A DNA stretch of 64,000 nt from contig CBDCYO010000004.1 in assembly GCA_965224255.1 (NCBI GenBank), positions 2,449 to 66,448 on the forward strand, written 5' to 3'. The notes under the pieces were generated by a model. It was not told where the DNA came from, did no database searches, and saw only the letters and a list, made by a program, of their open reading frames with translations. Within the stretch, counting starts at the first letter, position 1. Each line of letters opens with the position of its first letter. This stretch comes from Dehalococcoidia bacterium. GTDB taxonomy: Bacteria; Chloroflexota; Dehalococcoidia; UBA6926. The position numbers were made by a program, and so were the translations under genes. Positions 59,182 through 64,000 of the stretch are shown here, piece by piece.

Positions 59182-61098
59182 TCATGCGGCAGGCTGACCA
59201 TCAGCCTTGTGCCTTATCTCGAGGATGCGCCAATAATCTTTGTCACACTCGATCATGATACGTTTGGCCGATTCCAGGCGCCGAATCAACTTATCGGCGT
59301 TTTTGCGTTCATGCGAACGGTTGGCCTTGTCGGGCTGTTCCTTGAGGCCGTATGCCAGTCGGCGGCGTGCTTCGGGATGCAGAGCTGGCACCCTGTCGGC
59401 GTGGGGGTGGCGTTCTTCCCCTGCCAGTACCGCTTGCGGGTGGCGCCAATCCCGTTGCGGCGCATTGCCGGGCTTCCATAACAGCTTGCCTGCCTTGACG
59501 AACGGATTATTAGGATGGCCGAGGATGATGTTATCTTTCACATCGACCAAGTACCCTTGCGCGTTCCGGAGGGCTTTCGGACGGGTGGCGTAGACGCGGA
59601 AGCCGCCGTTACGCGCCTTGGTGTCGTCCCACAGGTACGCCAGTGACAGCGATAAGTCGAAAGCCGGGTCGCTAAACCTGCCATCGGCTACCAGGCCGGG
59701 AAAGTACAAGGATGGGCCGCGATCAGATAAATCGGGGACCTCGAGCTGTATTACCGCGCGACTGTCCAGGTCGCTGGGATTTGGCATACCACGAGCAACA
59801 ACGGGGCGCCACGTTCGCCCGTCGGGAAGGCGAATTTTTGCCAGGGTGACGGCATCGAAAGCAGCCTCAAGCGCCTTTGCATGCTTGTTGGGTCTCCAAG
59901 CGTCTTCGGCCCATAACAAATTGACCAATTGGCGCAGTGTCGGGCGCCACTCGTAGCGGCCGCCGGGTCGTCGCTGCTCAAGAGGCATGGAGAGCAACGA
60001 GTAGATCAGTATCCGCTTGTCGAGGCGTGCGCCGCGACCGAGTTTCAGGGCACCGAAGCCGACCGCGCTAGCCAGGATCAGGGGCGTTACCGGGGGTAGG
60101 TCACTTTTCGTGTCTGCCGTCGGGAACAAGGCCAGTTGCAGCGATTCCGGTTCCTCGACATAGCCTGTCGTCGGCAAAAGCGCCGGGTCATACAGCGGCT
60201 CATCGACGTAAATGGCGGAAGGCGCCGCGTTGAGAAGGCCCTTGGGTACGATGCGGTCTGGTCTTGTCTCGGGTCTCAGGGCTTCGGGGCGCTGCTGCCA
60301 CATCATTACCAATGGCACCAGTGGATGCATCGGCCGATCTTCACCGCTGCGTAGCCAAGCAGAATGGACGCTTTCCAGGTCAGCAATGCCCATGTTGTCG
60401 AAAGCGACACCACTTCCCAACGTCTTGTCCACAGAGGCAATCAACCGACGGGGTAGTGAATCGGGTTGTCCACTACCAGTGACGAGCCATGCGGCGTGGC
60501 GTTCCCATATTGCCATGAGAAGCGTATCTGCTGCTGCGCGCGCGTCACTTGGGCACTCGTTGTTGACCCAAGTCGCTAGTGTCTCCATGTTGGGTATCAT
60601 GTCGGGTGGGCTATTTGGCTGGATAAACCGCGCAACTGCTTCCAAAATTGCCGGCGTAGTACTGGCGTTTTCAAGGGAGCTAGATGGATGGACCACGGCT
60701 TTGGGCGGGGTCGCGGCCGGGCCCCGTCGGGTCTGTTTGTGTTTATTCGGCGATTCGCCTGTCGGCGGGGCGGGAGGCCCTGCCTCTACCGGGGCCAGGT
60801 CCGTTTTTTTCAGTCCTTCGGGTAACCCATGCATCCAGTCGTCTTGAGTCTGCCGGTCACGGTGCTCATAGTAGTCAGGCGTACCGCTCGGATAAATAAT
60901 GCGGCGCATCTCCCAATGTTTGTAACCTGCCTTGTTCGTCTTGCAAGCCATGATGGTGGGTTTCTTGTCCGTCGATCGATCTATTTCGGCGGGATTAACC
61001 CCCAAGTCTGCAGCCACGGTTTCCCGTGCACCCCGTCGAAGCATTTCGCTCAGATCGATTGGCTCCATCATTCCACCTCTCTCGGGCTGTTGATCCAT
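59182..61098 (-). CDS. Large hypothetical protein (638 aa), third gene of the parA operon; possible replication initiator
   Basis: Long clean ORF downstream of parA and the RHH gene. No motif recognised. The Rep role is inferred from context only. Confidence 0.6.
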   Translation of the reverse strand: MDQQPERGGMMEPIDLSEMLRRGARETVAADLGVNPAEIDRSTDKKPTIMACKTNKAGYKHWEMRRIIYPSGTPDYYEHRDRQTQDDWMHGLPEGLKKTDLAPVEAGPPAPPTGESPNKHKQTRRGPAATPPKAVVHPSSSLENASTTPAILEAVARFIQPNSPPDMIPNMETLATWVNNECPSDARAAADTLLMAIWERHAAWLVTGSGQPDSLPRRLIASVDKTLGSGVAFDNMGIADLESVHSAWLRSGEDRPMHPLVPLVMMWQQRPEALRPETRPDRIVPKGLLNAAPSAIYVDEPLYDPALLPTTGYVEEPESLQLALFPTADTKSDLPPVTPLILASAVGFGALKLGRGARLDKRILIYSLLSMPLEQRRPGGRYEWRPTLRQLVNLLWAEDAWRPNKHAKALEAAFDAVTLAKIRLPDGRTWRPVVARGMPNPSDLDSRAVIQLEVPDLSDRGPSLYFPGLVADGRFSDPAFDLSLSLAYLWDDTKARNGGFRVYATRPKALRNAQGYLVDVKDNIILGHPNNPFVKAGKLLWKPGNAPQRDWRHPQAVLAGEERHPHADRVPALHPEARRRLAYGLKEQPDKANRSHERKNADKLIRRLESAKRIMIECDKDYWRILEIRHKADGQPAA

Positions 61099-61149
61099 GC
61101 CCGTTCACGTTGAACTTCAAGCAAGGGGTGCATCAGATAACCGGTTCGT

Positions 61150-61186
61150 CTAATGATGACAGGATAACCTGTTATCCTGCTATCCG
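61150..61186. promoter_or_regulatory. Second copy of the par operator motif
   Basis: Palindrome AGGATAACCTGTTATCCT(GCTA) at 61161-61182. Confidence 0.45.
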
Positions 61187-61429
61187 CTCTTGATACTCGT
61201 CCCACATGGCGATGAACAGGTCGGATTTCGAGCCTTTCTTGAATCCGAAGCGCTCGCCTGCCTCTTTTGCGAAGTCGTCGAGGATGTGCTCAGGTACCGA
61301 GAACTCGATTTTTGCCTTCCTGGTCGGTTTTTCGCGCGGTGGTGTTTTCAGGTTCGAATTTGTAACGTCCGGCGTGGGCGGCGTGCCTTTACCGGTGCGT
61401 CTGGGTTTCAATTTTGCCACGTCAACCAT
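61172..61429 (-). CDS. Small RHH-type partition protein (ParG-like)
   Basis: 85 aa. Basic N-terminal tail, C-terminal EFSVPEHILDDFAKEA... . Immediately follows parA. Confidence 0.5.
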   Translation of the reverse strand: MVDVAKLKPRRTGKGTPPTPDVTNSNLKTPPREKPTRKAKIEFSVPEHILDDFAKEAGERFGFKKGSKSDLFIAMWDEYQERIAG

Positions 61430-62082
61430 TACGCCACCTCTCTTTCAGCGGCAGTCGCGACGGCATCAATAATGCTTTGCGCCATGGCGTCGGCTCGCTT
61501 GCGCAGTGTGGGAAATGAGGTTTCGGTGATGGCCTTTCCTTGATCCATGGCCGTCTTGAAGGCCGCACGGAATGGAATCTCGCCGTCCAGCACCGTGTAT
61601 GGGGTTTGCCCAAGGTACTCCCGCGCACCGGCGATCTCTCGTGCTGAGTCCGAGGTGATGCAAAGGGCAAAGGCTACTTTGTTGGCCGGTATCCCCGCTT
61701 TCAGCAGATTGTTGGCGAGAAGCACGGAGGGCTGGAGATCGTCTAAGCCTTCGCTTGTGGGAATGATGACCATATCAGCAGACCCACAGGCCGCTTGTGT
61801 TTCCACGGACGAATGCGGGGCGCCGTCGAAGATATAGAGGTCAAAGTTCTGGGCGTCCTGTAGGGCCGTGTCGACCGAGCGGAAGGCCTCGGCGCGTATC
61901 GGCGGCTCCAAGCCGTTTGCCGCCCTTCTCGCGGCCCAACTGACGCTCGTCGTCTGTTGTGTGTCTAGATCGGCGATTTTGGTCTGCAGTCCGCCTTTCG
62001 TGGCCTCAACGGCTACTATCCGTGCAAGCGTCGATTTCCCCACCCCGCCTTTCTGCGCGACCATGGCGATTTTGTAGGTCAT
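61429..62082 (-). CDS. parA: ParA-family partition ATPase
   Basis: MTYKIAMVAQKGGVGKST. Start at 62082 preferred because of the GGGAGA RBS. An upstream ATG exists at 62103. Confidence 0.85.
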   Translation of the reverse strand: MTYKIAMVAQKGGVGKSTLARIVAVEATKGGLQTKIADLDTQQTTSVSWAARRAANGLEPPIRAEAFRSVDTALQDAQNFDLYIFDGAPHSSVETQAACGSADMVIIPTSEGLDDLQPSVLLANNLLKAGIPANKVAFALCITSDSAREIAGAREYLGQTPYTVLDGEIPFRAAFKTAMDQGKAITETSFPTLRKRADAMAQSIIDAVATAAEREVA

Positions 62083-62099
62083 GGCATGTCTCCCTGCTG

Positions 62100-62172
62100 T
62101 CATGTTATCCTGCTAACTGGCTATTATGATAGCAGGATAACATGATTTCTGCATAGAGGGATAGCAGGACTT
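62100..62172. promoter_or_regulatory. par operator/centromere-like repeats
   Basis: GTTATCCTGCTA at 62103-62114 is inverted with TAGCAGGATAAC at 62130-62141. Half-site ATAGCAGGAC at 62161-62170. Confidence 0.5.
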
Positions 62173-62804
62173 CAGATGACACGAACACGCGTGCCATGTG
62201 GTCGGTATGTGACAGGTCCGATCAATCGCTTGATCCCTTGATCTTGACGGTGTCGTCGAGGAAGGCGGGCGGCGTGGGCGCTGTTGGCAATCCGTTCATC
62301 AGTACAAGAGACCATGACATGGCTTGAGGCTGTATACGCCGCCTCCCGGCCCGGACCAGGGGCTTTTTCGCCACGATTGACTTCGCCAGCCAGTATGGAG
62401 TTACGGATATTGAGCCAGACACATCGCCCTGGAATCCAACAGCGCTACGGAGTGGGAGCAGATCTGGAAGGATGGGACACAGTAGAAGGACGGTGAGAAC
62501 ACGGACGAGTGGTCATAACGCTCTGGAGGGCCAGAACCTGCCTTGGCAAGAGGCCGCAGGCAACAGCCAAGGTTTTAACCTGAGAAGTGTGATCCGGTCT
62601 TTGACCCTGCCTCCTCAGATATCCAACGCCGGACAGAGGAGCTTCGGCCAGCTACGGTACGGGTTCCCAAGTTTGCTAGGCAAGCACAACACCCCAGGCC
62701 TTGCGAACTCCATGAAGAGCCTGTTCCGAAAACGTCATTGATGATATAAGATAAATACGCTATTTTTCTTACATAAGGAAGGTACAACCAAGAGGCACGA
62801 TGTC

Positions 62805-63428
62805 ATGAGCAGTATGGCCGACAAGGTCATGAAACGGGTTGCCGCACATCACCGCGGACGGTGGGTGTGCTCGCCGAAGGACTTCTTGGACTTGGGAAGC
62901 CGGGAGGCCGTTGACCAAACCCTGTTACGCCTCGTCAAGGCGGGGCGGCTGCGCCGGGTTGGTCGCGGTCTTTACGACATGCCTAGGTTCAGCAAGGTGC
63001 TGAAACGTGCAGCGCCGGTCGACCTGGAAGCGGCCATTGCGGCGCTGGCCCGGCGCGACGGTATCCGGATCATGCCGGACGGCTTGGTGGCTGCCAATCA
63101 GTTGGGTCTCACGAACGCGGTGCCCGCGAAGGTCAGCTTTGTGACCGATGGCCATTCTAGAACGCTCAAGATCGGCGGCCGCACGGTCCGATTCCGACAT
63201 GCAGGACCAAGCGTCATGCAGTGGGCGGGGAAACCGGCGGCTCCAGTGGTTCAGGCCCTGAGGTGGCTTGGCCCCGACGCCGCTACTGACGCGCGGGTCG
63301 TTTCGACTTTGAGTCGTCAGCTCCCGGAGCATGTGAAGCGCGATCTGGTGCAGAACGAGCGCAATTTGCCCGGTTGGGTGCTGCCGCTTGCGCGCAACAT
63401 CACGAATAGCCAGGCCGTTGCCACATGA
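62805..63428 (+). CDS. abiEi: AbiEi-family antitoxin (type IV TA)
   Basis: 207 aa. N-terminal wHTH FLDLGSREAVDQTLLRLVKAGRLRRVGRGLYDMP. ATGA overlap with the next gene. Confidence 0.75.
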   Translation: MSSMADKVMKRVAAHHRGRWVCSPKDFLDLGSREAVDQTLLRLVKAGRLRRVGRGLYDMPRFSKVLKRAAPVDLEAAIAALARRDGIRIMPDGLVAANQLGLTNAVPAKVSFVTDGHSRTLKIGGRTVRFRHAGPSVMQWAGKPAAPVVQALRWLGPDAATDARVVSTLSRQLPEHVKRDLVQNERNLPGWVLPLARNITNSQAVAT

Positions 63429-64000
63429 ATGGAGATTTCGAATCCTTTCTCTCCCTTTCGACACAAGACCGGCGGGACGTCTTCGAAGCGACGGCGAGCC
63501 GTCTCGACACGTTACCCCGTTATGTGGAAAAGGACTTTTGGGTCTGTCTCGTCCTCGACGTACTCTACAACCGACTGCCTGACCGGCACCTAAAACTGCT
63601 CTTCAAGGGCGGCACGTCACTGTCCAAGGCATTCGGACTGATTGAGCGGTTTTCCGAAGACATCGACCTCGTGGTCAACCGAAATGATCTGGGCTTCGAG
63701 GGGGAACGGGATCCGACTGTCGCCAGCAATCTGTCCAACAAGAAACGCGGGGCTCTGTTCGAGGAATTGCGGGCGGCGTGTAGCGGCTACATTCGCGGCG
63801 AATTCAGAACCGCCCTGACCCAACAGATTGACGAGATCGCCGAGGGGTGCCGCATCGGTCCAGAGGAAGGTGATGTGGATGGACAGACCCTCTTCATCCA
63901 GTACCCCACCCTGTATCCGAGCGGCGATATCGCCTATGTGGCGCCGCGCGTGAAGATTGAGGCGGGGGCTAGGTCAGCACTCCACCCGAGCTCGACCTGT
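63425..64000 (+). CDS. abiEii: AbiEii/AbiGii nucleotidyltransferase toxin (3' end outside window)
   Basis: ATG at 63425. Translation contains LLFKGGTSLSKAFGLIERFSEDIDL, the hallmark of this family. Open to the window end. Confidence 0.75.
   Translation, partial: MNGDFESFLSLSTQDRRDVFEATASRLDTLPRYVEKDFWVCLVLDVLYNRLPDRHLKLLFKGGTSLSKAFGLIERFSEDIDLVVNRNDLGFEGERDPTVASNLSNKKRGALFEELRAACSGYIRGEFRTALTQQIDEIAEGCRIGPEEGDVDGQTLFIQYPTLYPSGDIAYVAPRVKIEAGARSALHPSSTC

Overview
High-GC accessory, probably plasmid-borne DNA: two ParA/RHH partition loci, many toxin-antitoxin pairs and a dense mosaic of mobile elements. Left to right: (1) a type II CBASS operon (CD-NTase cut by the window edge, Cap2, Cap3, nuclease-SAVED effector). 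(2) A 4.3-15.1 kb transposon pile-up: an IS3 remnant, a Tn3-family element whose two terminal IRs each carry the same ORF-less group II intron, and a compact TniR-TniA-TniB transposon. (3) A low-GC islet of small minus-strand genes punctuated by palindromic junction repeats, including an AbiJ-NTD4/HEPN-like protein. (4) A recD2-HU/IHF operon, Sel1-repeat proteins and a frameshifted secreted nuclease. (5) HigBA-like, VapBC, ParE/RelE and DUF433/DUF5615 modules interspersed with a MITE-like family. (6) A Tn3-family transposon whose tnpA is split by a second Tn3-family element with a clean 5-bp duplication. (7) A solo TnpB. (8) A 43-55 kb integrase/prim-pol island with G>C skew. Its integrase operon ends in two large proteins I cannot assign, which is my best candidate for an undescribed system. 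(9) A decayed orphan type I-E CRISPR array with a cas6e stump. (10) 22-bp iteron-like repeats split by an IS from a parA-RHH-orf638 operon. (11) AbiE at the right edge. All calls come from reading the sequence and the ORF track; no searches were run. Two frameshifts sit in G/C homopolymers and could be assembly errors.
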